Origin: Alphaproteobacteria bacterium
Lineage (GTDB): Bacteria; Pseudomonadota; Alphaproteobacteria; UBA828
NCBI GenBank assembly: GCA_963422645.2
Contig: CAXXVO010000017.1
Location: 224,001-288,000, forward strand
DNA: 64,000 nucleotides
Direction: 5' to 3'
Positions 1 to 11,200 of the stretch are shown in pieces (the stretch's first letter is position 1; every line of letters begins with the position of its first letter). The position numbers were made by a program, and so were the translations under genes. The notes below the pieces were generated by a model. The model was given only the letters and a program-made list of their open reading frames with translations, searched no databases and was not told where the DNA came from.

Positions 1-121
1 ACCCTGCCGCAGTCTCGCCCCATTCCTGCTCTTCGATAGGCGAGTGAGCCCGGCCCTGCGTCCGCGATTGATGCTACGCTGAGGCACACGCGACTCCACT
101 AACCGTCCGGGCCGCTTAGGG

Positions 122-2533
122 ATGAAGATCGCCGGCATCGTCCTCGGCAGCCTCGTGCTTCTTGCCGCCCTCGCCGGCGGTGCCATCGCGTTCGTGTTCT
201 TTCATTACGGCCGGGACCTGCCCGATCACAACCAGCTCGCGGCCTACGAGCCGCCGGTGATGACCCGCGTTCACGCCGGCGACGGGCGGCTGCTCGCCGA
301 GCACGCCCGCGAGAAACGGCTGTTCGTGCCCGTTGGCGCCATGCCGCGGCGGGTGGTTCAGGCCTTCCTCGCGGCCGAGGACAAGGCGTTCTACGAGCAC
401 TTCGGGGTCGATCCCATAAGCGTGGCGAACGCCGTGGTCACCAACCTCGTCAACATGGCCGGCAACGGCGACCGCCGGCCGATCGGCGCATCCACGGTCA
501 CCCAGCAGGTGGCGAAGAACTTCCTGCTCTCGGGCGAGCTCTCCTTCTCGCGCAAGATCAAGGAGGCCATCCTCGCCATGAGGATCGAGGACGCCTTCAC
601 CAAGGACCAGATTCTCGAGCTCTACCTCAACGAGATTTATCTGGGCGCCGGCTCCTACGGAGTGGCAGCAGCGGCGCTAAACTATTTCGACCGCTCCCTC
701 AACGACCTTTCGCTCGCGGAGATCGCCTATCTGGCAGCCCTGCCCAAGGCGCCCAACAACTATCACCCCATACGCAAGCGCAAAGCCGCCGTGGCCCGGC
801 GCAACTGGGTGCTGGGCCATATGGTCGCGAACGGCGCGGTAAGCGAAGCCGAGGCGGAGGCAGCGATGCAGGCGCCGCTCCGCACCCGAGATCGGGCGCC
901 CGAGACCTTCGTCGAGGCGCCGCATTTCGCCGAGGAGGTGCGGCGCTGGCTGCAGGCGCGCTACGGCGACGACACGCTCTACGAAGGCGGCCTCTCGGTC
1001 CGCACGACGGTCGACCCTGCGCTCCAGGCGGTCGCCGACCGGGCGCTGCGAGGCGGCCTCGTCGCCTATGACCAACGCCGCGGCTGGCGCGGACCGCTCG
1101 CGCAGATCGACCCGGCGGGCGATTGGCGGCAGGCGCTCGCGGCCGAGGAGCTTTCGCCGGTGCCGGCGCCTTGGCGCCTCGCGGCGGTGTTGGCTGTGGA
1201 GGCGGCCCGCGCGGAAATAGGCTTCGCCGACGGTGCCGTGGGCGCCATCGCGCTCGATGACCTCAGGTGGGCGCGCAAGGCACGGGGGAAGGGACGGCTC
1301 GGGCCGGAGGTTACTGCCGCGCACCAGGTGTTGAGCGCCGGCGACGTGGTGCCGGTCGAGCCGCTGGACGGCCGCGACGGCGCCTACGCGCTTCGCCAGA
1401 TTCCTGCGGCTTCGGGCGCCCTGGTGGCGCTGGATCCGCACACCGGGCGGGTGCTGGCGCTGGTCGGCGGCTTCGACTTCGCCACCAGCGAGTTCGATCG
1501 CGCGACTCAGGCGAGGCGCCAGCCGGGCTCCGCCTTCAAGCCCTTCGTCTACCTGGCGGCACTTGATCACGGCTACACGCCGGCCTCCATCGTGCTCGAC
1601 GCGCCGGTGGTGATCGACCAGGGCGAGCACCTGCGCAAGTGGAAGCCCGAGAACTACACCCAGCGCTTCTATGGCCCCAGCACGCTCAGGGTGGGCCTCG
1701 AGGAATCGCGCAACCTGATGACGCTCCGCGTCGCTCAGGACATCGGTATGAAGACCGTGGCCGACTACGCCGCGCGCTTCGGGCTCTACCAGGACTTGCC
1801 CGAGATGCCGTCAGCCGCGCTGGGCTCGATGGAGACGACGCCGCTCGACCTGGCCGCTGCCTACGCGATGCTGGTCAACGGCGGGCGCAAGATCGAGCCG
1901 GCCTTCGTCGAGCGGATTCAGGACCGCAACGGTCACACGGTCTACCGGCGCGACGCGCGCGAGTGTGACCGCTGCCGGCCCGGCGAATGGCATCACCAGC
2001 TGCCGCCCATCCTTCGCGACACGCGCCCTGTGATCGCCGATCCGCGCACCACCTACCAGGTCGTCTCGATGCTGGAGGGCGCGGTGCAGCGCGGCACCGG
2101 CCGCGCGCTCCGCGAGCTGGGCGCGCCCATCGGCGGCAAGACGGGCACCACCAACGAGTTCCGCGATGCCTGGTTCGTCGGTTTCACCCCCGACCTGGTC
2201 GCCGCCGCCTACGTCGGCTTCGACCAGCCGCAATCGCTGGGGCGCAGGGAGTCCGGCGGTCGCGTGGCGGCGCCGATCGTGCGGGATTTCTTCGCCGGCG
2301 CCTTGGCCGACAAGCCGGCCGTTCCCTTCCGGGTTCCCCCGGGAATCCGCTTCGTGCGGGTCGAACGCGGTTCCGGCGCGCTGCCCGGCCCCGCCAGCGA
2401 CGACGTGATCGTGGAAGCGTTTCTGCCCGGCACCGAACCGACGCAGCGGGCGGTACTGCGGGCAGCCGACAGCTCGGATGGCGGGCTCGAAGCCGGCGCG
2501 GTTCCGTTCGAGGGGCTGGGCGCCGTATATTGA
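122..2533 (+). CDS. mrcA: Penicillin-binding protein 1A (class A transglycosylase/transpeptidase)
   Basis: N-terminal TM anchor; GT51 motifs EDKAFYEHFGVD, GASTVTQQVAKN, RKIKE; transpeptidase SAFK and KTG motifs; lies upstream of prfB as usual in alphaproteobacteria. Confidence 0.95.
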   Translation: MKIAGIVLGSLVLLAALAGGAIAFVFFHYGRDLPDHNQLAAYEPPVMTRVHAGDGRLLAEHAREKRLFVPVGAMPRRVVQAFLAAEDKAFYEHFGVDPISVANAVVTNLVNMAGNGDRRPIGASTVTQQVAKNFLLSGELSFSRKIKEAILAMRIEDAFTKDQILELYLNEIYLGAGSYGVAAAALNYFDRSLNDLSLAEIAYLAALPKAPNNYHPIRKRKAAVARRNWVLGHMVANGAVSEAEAEAAMQAPLRTRDRAPETFVEAPHFAEEVRRWLQARYGDDTLYEGGLSVRTTVDPALQAVADRALRGGLVAYDQRRGWRGPLAQIDPAGDWRQALAAEELSPVPAPWRLAAVLAVEAARAEIGFADGAVGAIALDDLRWARKARGKGRLGPEVTAAHQVLSAGDVVPVEPLDGRDGAYALRQIPAASGALVALDPHTGRVLALVGGFDFATSEFDRATQARRQPGSAFKPFVYLAALDHGYTPASIVLDAPVVIDQGEHLRKWKPENYTQRFYGPSTLRVGLEESRNLMTLRVAQDIGMKTVADYAARFGLYQDLPEMPSAALGSMETTPLDLAAAYAMLVNGGRKIEPAFVERIQDRNGHTVYRRDARECDRCRPGEWHHQLPPILRDTRPVIADPRTTYQVVSMLEGAVQRGTGRALRELGAPIGGKTGTTNEFRDAWFVGFTPDLVAAAYVGFDQPQSLGRRESGGRVAAPIVRDFFAGALADKPAVPFRVPPGIRFVRVERGSGALPGPASDDVIVEAFLPGTEPTQRAVLRAADSSDGGLEAGAVPFEGLGAVY

Positions 2534-2557
2534 GCGTCCACCGGAAGGGCCCTGTCG

Positions 2558-3683
2558 ATGCGTGCTGAAATCCTGTCGCTTGCCGATGACATCAAGCAGT
2601 CGCTGACGCTGCTGAGGAGGCACCTTTGACCTCGACGGTGCTCGAGACCGCCTGGAGGCGCTGAACCGCAAGGCGGAGGACCCGGATCTCTGGGCCGATG
2701 CCAAGCGCGCCCGCGCGGTGATGCAGGAACGCACCCGGCTCGATGCGGCGGTCGCCACTTACCAGCGGCTGGAGCAGGAGCTTGAGGACGGCCTCGCGCT
2801 CGCCGAGCTTGCGGAGGAGGAGTCCGACGAGGAGGCCTACGGCGAGGCGGAGGCCGCACTTGCGGCGACCCGCGAGGAGGCGAAGCGGCGCGAACTGGAA
2901 AGCCTGCTCTCGGGCGAGGCGGACGGCAACGACGGCTTCCTCGAGGTTCATGCCGGCGCTGGCGGTACCGAATCGCAGGACTGGGCGGAGATGCTGCTAC
3001 GCATGTACATCCGCTGGGCGGAGCAGCGCGGCTACAAGGTCGAGTGGATCGAGGAGAGCCCCGGCGAGGAAGCCGGAATCAAGTCGGCGGTCATCAAGGT
3101 CTCGGGCGAGAGCGCCTACGGCTGGCTCAAGACCGAGAGCGGCGTGCACCGTCTGGTCCGCATCTCTCCCTTCGACGCGGGCGCCAGGCGCCATACCAGC
3201 TTCGCCTCGGTCTGGGTCTACCCCGTGGTGGACGAAACCATCGAGATCGAGATCGTCGAGAAGGACCTGCGGATCGACACTTACCGCGCCTCGGGCGCCG
3301 GCGGGCAGCACGTCAACCGGACAGACAGCGCGGTCCGCATCACCCACCTGCCGACCAACATCGTCGTCCAGTGCCAGGCTGAGCGCTCGCAGCACCGCAA
3401 CAAGGCGGAGGCCATGTCGATGCTCCGTGCCCGCCTCTACGAGCGCGCGCTGCAGGAGCGTGAGAGCGAGGCACAGGCGCTCGCCGAGCAGAAGAGCGAC
3501 ATCGGCTGGGGCCACCAGATCCGCTCCTACGTGCTGCAGCCTTACCGCATGGTGAAGGACGTGCGCACCGGGATCGAAAGCAGCAACCCCGACGCCGTGC
3601 TCGACGGGGGAATCGACCAGTTCTTGGCCGCATCGCTCGCGGCCCGCATCGGCGCCCCGGCGGAAAAAGCCGCCAAGAAATAA
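2558..3683 (+). CDS. prfB: Peptide chain release factor 2, with programmed +1 frameshift
   Basis: ATG 2558; in-frame CTT TGA C at 2624-2630 preceded by internal SD AGGAGG (2615-2620); the +1 frame continues into the ORF with SPF and GGQ motifs. Confidence 0.97.
2615..2630 (+). promoter_or_regulatory. RF2 autoregulatory +1 frameshift cassette
   Basis: AGGAGG-CAC-CTT-TGA-C. Confidence 0.95.
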
Positions 3684-3730
3684 GTGTCAGAGCGCGCTTT
3701 CGCCGGCAGTGCCTCAGTAGGACGATGATA

Positions 3731-3789
3731 AGGGCCGAGCCGCGAAGCAGCTCGGAGCGCGCGCCCGGCGCCTGAGGGAAATGAATAAG
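3731..3789 (+). repeat. Dispersed intergenic repeat family A, copy 1
   Basis: AGGGCC-hairpin then GAGCGCGCGCCCGGCGCCTGAGGGAAATGAATAAG; related copies at 23462 and 35260/35295. Confidence 0.75.
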
Positions 3790-3819
3790 TAGCGAGAAAC
3801 TCAGAGTGCGATAAGGGCG

Positions 3820-4893
3820 TTACCGCGAAGCACCCCGATCTTCTGCCAAGGCGCGCTCGATGGCGGGCCTGATCTCGCTGGCGAAGGCCCGAATGGTCCG
3901 CTCGGCCTGCGTCATGGTGGAGCCCGCGGCCTGGATGTTCAGCATCATGTGGCTCGCGCCTGAGGCGCGGATGTCGGCGGTGAGCCGTGCCGCGACCGTG
4001 GCGGCGTCGCCCACCGGCAGGCTCGCCGCCATCTCCTCCAACGGCGGCTCGCCGGAGAACGGGCGTTCGACGAGCATGCCGCCGTCCATCGCCTCCTGCC
4101 GGTTGCGCAGCGCGGCGGCAAAGCGCATCTGCTGGCGGGCGTTGACCAGGTAGTCCAACGTCTCCTCATCGCTCTCGGTCACGCAAACGAAGCGCAGGAT
4201 CCCGAGTTCGTGCGTCTCCCCGCCAAGGCCCTCGGCGGCGTAGGACGCATCGATGCGCTCCCGTTGCTCGGCCAGGTAGTCGGCGCCGAACCAGCGGCCG
4301 GTGATGATCGGCACGAAACCGCGCCGCGCCGCCAGCTTGTGGGTCGACTCGGAATCACCTGCGATCCAGATCGGTGGCACGCCTTCCGGCGGGCGCGTAC
4401 TGATGCTGGTCTCCGGCAGCGCGGTGAATTCGCCGTCGAAGCTGAAGGTCTCGCCCGCATACGCCCGGTCCATGAGCGCGAGGAACTCATCAAGCCGCGC
4501 CTTGGAATCGCCCAGATCGGCGCCGAAGCGCTCGAACTCGTAGGGCTGGTAGCCGCTACCCAGCCCCAGCAGGAAGCGATCCTCGCCCAGCAGCGCCTGG
4601 GTCATGCCGATCTCGGCGAGCAGCCGCACCGGGTGATAGAGCGGCACCACGATCACCGCCGGGCCGAGCTTGATCCGCGTGGTCAGGCCGGCGCAGTGAT
4701 TGACCATGACCAGGGGCGAGGGGCAGACGCAGTAGTTGGAGAAATGATGCTCGGCGAACCAGGCGGCTTCGAAGCCCGCCTCCTCGGCCCACTGCACCAT
4801 CTGCACCGCGTTGCCGAGCACCTCGGAGATCGCGCTTCCGCGGTCCCGATAGCCCATGAGACAGAACAAGCCGAAGCTGACCATGTCACTCAC
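3820..4893 (-). CDS. LLM-class (luciferase-like) flavin-dependent oxidoreductase
   Basis: AEEAGFEAAWFAEHHF, HPVRLLAE and LGLGSGY motifs. Confidence 0.9.
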   Translation of the reverse strand: MSDMVSFGLFCLMGYRDRGSAISEVLGNAVQMVQWAEEAGFEAAWFAEHHFSNYCVCPSPLVMVNHCAGLTTRIKLGPAVIVVPLYHPVRLLAEIGMTQALLGEDRFLLGLGSGYQPYEFERFGADLGDSKARLDEFLALMDRAYAGETFSFDGEFTALPETSISTRPPEGVPPIWIAGDSESTHKLAARRGFVPIITGRWFGADYLAEQRERIDASYAAEGLGGETHELGILRFVCVTESDEETLDYLVNARQQMRFAAALRNRQEAMDGGMLVERPFSGEPPLEEMAASLPVGDAATVAARLTADIRASGASHMMLNIQAAGSTMTQAERTIRAFASEIRPAIERALAEDRGASR

Positions 4894-4968
4894 CGATTGC
4901 AGGGGGGACGCTTGCGCCCGCGCGCCGGGGTAGCGGGATTGTAGCGCATGGCGCGCGTCGCAGCGTTC

Positions 4969-6219
4969 TCAGCCTCGCCGAACCTTCGTCAGGGCGGCGG
5001 CCACCACGCCTAGCAGCAGCAGCGCCGCGATCAGCCACATCACCGCGCGGGGGTCACCGTGATCGAGCAAGAGTCCCACGACCAGCGGCGCGACCGCGGC
5101 ACCCGTATCGAGGCCCGAATAGACGAAGCCGAACACCCTGCCCCTGGCATCGGCCGCCGCGGTCTCGCGCACCAGCATGTCGCGGGACGGAAAGGTGAGG
5201 CCGACCAGGATGCCCGCAAGCGCGAAGGGGACTCCCAGAAGCGCGGCCGGGAAGAGGCCGAAGCTGATGGCGACGAAGAACGCAGCCGCCGACACAAGGC
5301 CCGCGCCGATGACGAGCTGATGCCCCGAGTCCGTGCGCTCGGCCAGGAAGCCGCCGAGCAGCACGCCCCCCGATGCGCCGAAGAGGAACACCGAAAGCAG
5401 CGGCGCGCCCTCGGCAATCGGCAGGCCGTAGAGCTGGTCCATCAGCGCCGGGAAAAACGACTGCAAGCCGATGGTGGCGCCGCTCAGGAAGATGAAGAAG
5501 GCGAAGCAGAGCAGAACCGGAACCGGGATGAGCGGCGCGACACCCTGCCTCAGGGCGGCGAGCCAACCGCGCCCGTCCGCGACCGCCGCCCGGTCGTCAC
5601 CGACGCGCGGGCGGGGCACCGCCGGCGTCTCGTCCCGTGCGTCGAGGAACAGGTGCCGGTTGAACAGCAGCGCCAGGAGCAGGATCAGCCCGCCCGCGCC
5701 GGCGATCATCAAGGCGGAACGCCAGCCGAGCTCCAACGCGAGCCCCACCATGACGATGGGCGCAAGCGCGTAGCCGAGATTGCCGCCGAGCGTATGAAAG
5801 CCGTAAGCGCGCCCGTGGCGGGTGCGGCGGATGCTCGCGGTGAGGATCGAGAGATCGGCCGGGTGGAACACGCTGTTGCCGAGCCCCGCGAGCGCGGCGA
5901 GCGGGAACAGCATCCAGAACGCGGGTGCGAGACCCATCAGCACGATCGCGATGCAAAGCAGCGCAAGCCCGCTCAGCAGCACCACGCGCGCCGGGAAGCG
6001 GTCCACCAGGAAGCCCGCTCCAGTCTGCGCGATGCCGGAGGACACGTAGAACACGGTCATCAGCGTGCCGAGCTCGGTGTAGCTGACCGCGAACGCTTCC
6101 TTGAGGTGCGGAAAGAGCGGCGGCAGAGCGAGCTGGTAGAAGTGGCTCGCGCCGTGGGCGAGTGCGATCAGCCCCATGACGCGGGCCTGCCCGCGGCCGG
6201 ACGCCTCCTCAACAGCCAT
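4969..6219 (-). CDS. MFS transporter (Fsr-like)
   Basis: About 12 hydrophobic segments; GFLVDRFPAR motif A; GLGNSVFHP; start assigned at MAVEE. Confidence 0.88.
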   Translation of the reverse strand: MAVEEASGRGQARVMGLIALAHGASHFYQLALPPLFPHLKEAFAVSYTELGTLMTVFYVSSGIAQTGAGFLVDRFPARVVLLSGLALLCIAIVLMGLAPAFWMLFPLAALAGLGNSVFHPADLSILTASIRRTRHGRAYGFHTLGGNLGYALAPIVMVGLALELGWRSALMIAGAGGLILLLALLFNRHLFLDARDETPAVPRPRVGDDRAAVADGRGWLAALRQGVAPLIPVPVLLCFAFFIFLSGATIGLQSFFPALMDQLYGLPIAEGAPLLSVFLFGASGGVLLGGFLAERTDSGHQLVIGAGLVSAAAFFVAISFGLFPAALLGVPFALAGILVGLTFPSRDMLVRETAAADARGRVFGFVYSGLDTGAAVAPLVVGLLLDHGDPRAVMWLIAALLLLGVVAAALTKVRRG

Positions 6220-6352
6220 CGCGTCTCGTCCCGGAGGGGCGCCGCTCCCATAGCGGCACCGGGTGGCGCGCGAGAGTACGCTGGGGGCGCCCAAGGCAGC
6301 AACGAATCAGACGTGAAAGCGCTCTCTTGTCGCCACCAATCCCAAATTGTGC

Positions 6353-6380
6353 TTGACATAGGAGTAGGAATAGGTAGAGT
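6353..6380 (+). promoter_or_regulatory. Probable sigma70 promoter of the toxin-antitoxin pair, overlapped by TAGG direct repeats
   Basis: TTGACA (6353-6358), 16 bp, TAGAGT (6375-6380) in an AT-rich patch; spacer reads TAGGAG-TAGGAA-TAGG. Confidence 0.6.
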
Positions 6381-6421
6381 GAGCATTCTTAATACATTCA
6401 AACCTTACAGGAGCAACTCCA

Positions 6422-6844
6422 ATGTCAAAATACGAACCCTTGGAAACCTACCTGCGTGAGTCGGGGCGGGAGGTGATCTCAATGACGTTTGGCGATATCG
6501 AGAGGGTGATTTGCGCGGACCTGCCGCCCTCGGCCTTCAAGCATCGGCCGTGGTGGTCGAATAATCCCTCGAATAGTTCAATCACTCATTCCTGGCTCAA
6601 TGCAGGATATAAGACGGAGAATGTGGACATGGCCGGAAAGAACTTGGTGTTTCGCAAGGCCGCGCAATACGGGCCGGCGTCCAGGTCCGGTAGCGGGGAG
6701 CTTCGGGATCTGGCGGCAACCCCCCCCGTTGCCCAGGCCGAGTCTTTCACCCTCGTCTTCGGTGCGCTCAAGGGCACGGTGACGTTGAAGCCGGGGACTG
6801 ACCTCACCGAGCCGGTCGAGGCAGATTGGGAAGCCGGTCGGTAG
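6422..6844 (+). CDS. Putative antitoxin: DUF7662-like N-terminal domain plus VapB-like acidic C-terminal tail
   Basis: MSKYEPL...MTFGDIE...LPPSA...WWSN N-terminus; C-terminal FGALKGTV...DLTEPVEADWE; 6 bp upstream of a PIN gene. Confidence 0.7.
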   Translation: MSKYEPLETYLRESGREVISMTFGDIERVICADLPPSAFKHRPWWSNNPSNSSITHSWLNAGYKTENVDMAGKNLVFRKAAQYGPASRSGSGELRDLAATPPVAQAESFTLVFGALKGTVTLKPGTDLTEPVEADWEAGR

Positions 6845-6850
6845 CCCGCG

Positions 6851-7264
6851 ATGCCCGTCTACCTGCTCGACACCTGCGCGCTCATCTGGATCGCAAACGG
6901 CGATCCGCTGCAGGAGCCGGCCGCGAGCGCCTTGCGGGAGGCATACGCGGATGGCGGGGGCCTCGCCGTCTCCCCCATGACAGCGTGGGAAACCGCCATG
7001 CTCGTGGCGAAGAACAAGATTGCGCTCTCGATGGACCCCGAAGCCTGGTTCGACCGTGTCCTCGCTCTGCCGGGGGTGGCACTCGCGGCGCTGCCGCCCC
7101 CGGTGCTGATCCAATCGTGCGCCCTTCCCGGCGCACCGCCCGCCGATCCGGTGGACCGAATTCTCGCCGCGACGGCGCGGGCCTTCGGCCACACCCTGGT
7201 GACCCGCGACCGCCACCTGCTTGCCTACGGCGTGGAGGGGCACGTGCGGGTCATGGGGTGCTGA
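6851..7264 (+). CDS. vapC: PIN-domain VapC-family toxin
   Basis: YLLDTCALIW, SPMTAWE, DPVDRILAATA and LVTRD acidic PIN residues. Confidence 0.92.
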   Translation: MPVYLLDTCALIWIANGDPLQEPAASALREAYADGGGLAVSPMTAWETAMLVAKNKIALSMDPEAWFDRVLALPGVALAALPPPVLIQSCALPGAPPADPVDRILAATARAFGHTLVTRDRHLLAYGVEGHVRVMGC

Positions 7265-7386
7265 CGCGCGGCCACGCAGACTCCGCGCACGTACATTCGG
7301 GCGTATAGTTGCCGGGTCCCGGCTCCACTCCCGACCGGCGTTGCGCCGGCGGGCGGGGAGCGTCAGAAGGCAGAGGGAGGCGGGAG

Positions 7387-8289
7387 ATGGTCAAGATCGA
7401 ATGCGTGGTGGAGGCCAACAACTATCTCGGCGAAGGGCCGGTCTGGGACCCGGTGGAGGGCGTCCTCTACTGGGTGGACATGCTGGACAAGGAGGTCTGG
7501 CGCCTCGACCCCCGCACTGGCAAGACCCGCACCTGGACCCTGCCCAAGACCGTGGGCGCGTTCGCGCTCCGGGAGCAGGGCGGCGGCGTGCTGACCATGC
7601 GGGATGGCTTCTACTTCATGGACCTCGACAGCGGCGAGACCGAGCTGATCGCCCTGATCGATGCCGACGAGGCGCGCACACTCTTCAACGACGGCAAGGT
7701 AGACCGCCGCGGCCGCTTCTTCGCCGGCGGCGAGGACGAGATCTCGGAATCGCCGATCTGCGGCCTCTTCAGGCTCGACCCCGACCTCACCGTGCACGAG
7801 CTGGAGCGCGGCATCATCTGCAACAACGGGCCGAGCTGGAGCCCCGACAACAAGACCTTCTATCACACCGATTCCTACATGCAGGAGATCTACGCCTACG
7901 CCTACGACATCGAGACCGGCGCAATCTCCAACAAGCGGGTCTTCGCCAACACCCACGACGAGCCCGGCATTCCCGACGGCTCGACCATCGATGCCGAGGG
8001 ATATCTCTGGAACGCGCAGATCGTCTCCGGCCAGCTCGTGCGCTACGCGCCGGACGGCACCGTGGACCGCCGCGTGCCGGTGCAGACCAAGACCATCACC
8101 AGCATCATGTTCGGTGGCGACAACCTGGACGTGGCCTATCTCACCTCGATGGGCCGCACGGATTTCCTGGGCCCCGAGGCCCAGAAAATCTTCGGCGAGG
8201 CCTCCAAGCCGCAGCCCCACGGCGGCGGCATCCTCGCGGTCTCAGGCCTCGGCGTGCAGGGCCTGCCCGAGCCCCGCTTCGGCGGCTAA
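7387..8289 (+). CDS. SMP-30/gluconolactonase/LRE family protein
   Basis: LGEGPVWD, FNDGKVDRRGR, NGPSWSPD and PDGSTIDAEG motifs; SD GGAGG upstream. Confidence 0.92.
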   Translation: MVKIECVVEANNYLGEGPVWDPVEGVLYWVDMLDKEVWRLDPRTGKTRTWTLPKTVGAFALREQGGGVLTMRDGFYFMDLDSGETELIALIDADEARTLFNDGKVDRRGRFFAGGEDEISESPICGLFRLDPDLTVHELERGIICNNGPSWSPDNKTFYHTDSYMQEIYAYAYDIETGAISNKRVFANTHDEPGIPDGSTIDAEGYLWNAQIVSGQLVRYAPDGTVDRRVPVQTKTITSIMFGGDNLDVAYLTSMGRTDFLGPEAQKIFGEASKPQPHGGGILAVSGLGVQGLPEPRFGG

Positions 8290-8291
8290 TT

Positions 8292-11200
8292 CTATTCGCC
8301 TGCCGGCAGCCAGATCAGGCGGGGCGCGTCGACGAAGAGCAGGCCGCAGGTGATCCTGCGGTCCGGGAAGACCACAGCGAGCGCTGCGCGATAGCTCTCC
8401 ATCTGGATGCGATACGCCTCTGGCACGGCCTCATCCTCAGCTGGCGCACGGCCGGTCTTGTAGTCGAGCGCGATCAGCTCCCGCTCGCCCACCAGCAGCC
8501 GGTCGATCTGGCCGGAAATCACCCGATCGCCGACGACCGCGCTGATCGGGGCCTCAGCCAGGGCGTCGGGTGCGAAGAGCGCGGCGAACGCCGGGTCGGC
8601 GACCAGCGCAATCATGGCCTCCGCCAGCGCCTCGCGCTCGCCGTCGTCGAGGCTGAAGGAATTGAGCAAGTGGCGCGCAGCAGTCGGTCGATCCTTGGGA
8701 GGCAACGTCGGCAAGTGTTCGAGCAGCTTGTGTGCGGCATTGCCGCGCTCGCGCGCGTGCCGGCCGGCATCGTCGATGGGTGAGTGCGGCGCGGGCTCCG
8801 GGACCGCGCGGGAGGGCGCGAGTGGGCGAGGTGCCGGCGGCTCTTCAGCCGGCGGCACGAGCAGCTCGGGCGGTAGCGGCGGAGTTCCATCGGCTTCCGG
8901 CGCCGGCTCTTCCCGTGACGGCACCGGTGCCGATTGCAGCTCGGCATAGACCAGTCCCTCGCCCTCCGGCATCGCCAGAGGCTCGACTCCCTTCAGGCTC
9001 TCCAACCCTGAGCGCACCAGCGCGTACCAACAATCCTCGGGCGGCGTGTCCCGCCCCTGCCAGCCGCAGACATAGAGCCGATCTTCGGCGCGGGTCATCG
9101 CGACGTAGAGGAGCCTCCGGTATTCTTCCTCCTGTGCGGCGCGGGTGCGGGCGCGGGCTTCGCGGGCGAGCGGATCCTCCCGGCTCGCGCGGCCCGGCCA
9201 CAGCAAGCCTTCGACCCTGCCGACTCCGCCGTCCGCACGCTCCTCCTCGAGCCAGACCAAAGGGTCCCGACCTCTCGGCTTACGCATGGTATCGGGCAGG
9301 AAGACGACCGGCGCCTCCAGGCCCTTGGCGCCGTGCACGGTCATGATCCGCACCTCGTCGCGGCCCTGCTCGAAGTCTCTCTTGATCTCCGCGCGCCCGT
9401 CCTGGACCCAGTGCAGGAACCCCTGGAGCGAAGGCGGGTGCGTCCGACCGTAGGCGAGCGCGAGCGCCAGGAACTCCTCGATGGCGTCCCCCGATTCCGG
9501 CCCGAGGCGGCCGAGTAGCGCGGAGCGCCCGCCGCTTGCGCCCAGCACCTCGCTGTAGAACTCGAAGGGCGCTATCCAGTCCGCGGCGCCGCGAAAGGCG
9601 ACGAGCGCCTCGAATGCCTCGGCGAACGCGGGGCTCTCGTCTCGCCGCCGAGAGAGCGTCGCCCACAGGCTCGCGTCGCCGCGCTGGAACGCAAGGGCGA
9701 AGAGCGCATCCTCGTCGAGCCCAATCAGCGGGCTCTTGAGCACCGTGGCAAGGGTCAGGTCGTCGCCCGGCAGCAGGCAGAATTCGCCGAGCGCAATCAG
9801 GTCCATGACTGCGAGCTGCTCGGTCAGCACCATGCGGTCGATCCCCGCCACCGGCACGCCGCGCGCCTTGAGGGCCCGTAGCAGATGATCCACGAAGGGG
9901 CCGCGCCGGCGCACCAGCACCAGCACATCGCCGGGCCGAATCGAGCGGCCTCGAGCCTCCAGCCAGCCCTCGCTGCCTTCGTCCGCCTGCTCTTGCGTCC
10001 ACCCAGCCACGCGGTCCGCGATAAGCGCGGCGAGGCGTGCGGCTGGATCGTCGGCTCCCTCACGTTTCACCGGCGGCGCCCACGGCTCCAACGGTTCCTT
10101 TTCTTCAGGCACCAGCGGCAGCCACAGCTCGACCCTGCCGCCGGCGCCCGCGCGATGAACCTGGTGGCGGATCGGCACGGCCTCCGCGGTGACGCCGTCG
10201 CGCGCCGCAGGCTGGGCGAACACGGCGTCGACTGTGGCGAGCACCGCTGCGGTCGATCGGAAGGACTCTGCCAGGGGGAGCGATTCCCACGGCCTCTCGG
10301 CGGCCTGGGCCCGGCTCTGGAATTGCCGATGGGCGGCCGCCAGCGCGCGGGCATCGGCGCCCTGGAAGCTGAAGATCGACTGCTTCTCGTCGCCGACCGC
10401 GAAGAGGGTGCGCGGCGCGGCGCGGGCGCCTTCCCCGGCGAAGAACTCCTCCGCCAAAGCCGCGATCACGGCCCATTGGGTCGGGCTGGTGTCCTGCGCC
10501 TCGTCGATCAGCAGGTGGTCAAGGCCGCCGTCGAGCTTGTAGAGCACCCAGGGTGCGATCCCCGCGCGGGCAAGAAGGCTGCGGCTGATCGAGATCTGAT
10601 CGCCGTAGTCGAGCACGGCATGGCGCGCTTTCTCGGCTCCGTAGAAGCCGAGATGGCGGGCCGCAATCTCGATCAGGGCGGCAGTGCTTTCGGCAACGCG
10701 GGCGGCGTTCCAACGTTCGACGCACGCGACGACCCTCTCCTGCTCCAGGCCGAGCGCCTCTGTGGCGTCCGGGTGCGCATCGCCGAGCTTCTTGGTGACG
10801 AGGCTCTGGAGAGGGCCGCCGTCCTCACGCAAAAAGGCGCGGCGGTAGGCACCGAACCCCGCCGTCCGACCATCATGGTCCGCGTTTAGCCACGTCGCGA
10901 TCTTCTGTGCCCGTCTCTGGTCCGTCACTGTCCCACCGTCGAGGACGCGGGCGGCTCTGGTCAGCCTCGCCCCATCGAACGCGTCCTCGGCGCACACCTC
11001 GGCGAGCACGCTTTCGGGCGTTGCCCCCTCGGCCACAGCGAGGCGTTCCCGCATTGCCGCGATGGCGCCGGCGGTGCCGCCATGACGCTCCAGCACGGCT
11101 GCGAAACGATCCCGCGTACTGCTCACGTCCGCCAGCAGGGCGCCGAAACCTTCTTCGCCGATGACCGCAGTCATCGCGGCGAGGGCGGAGGCAAGGGCAT

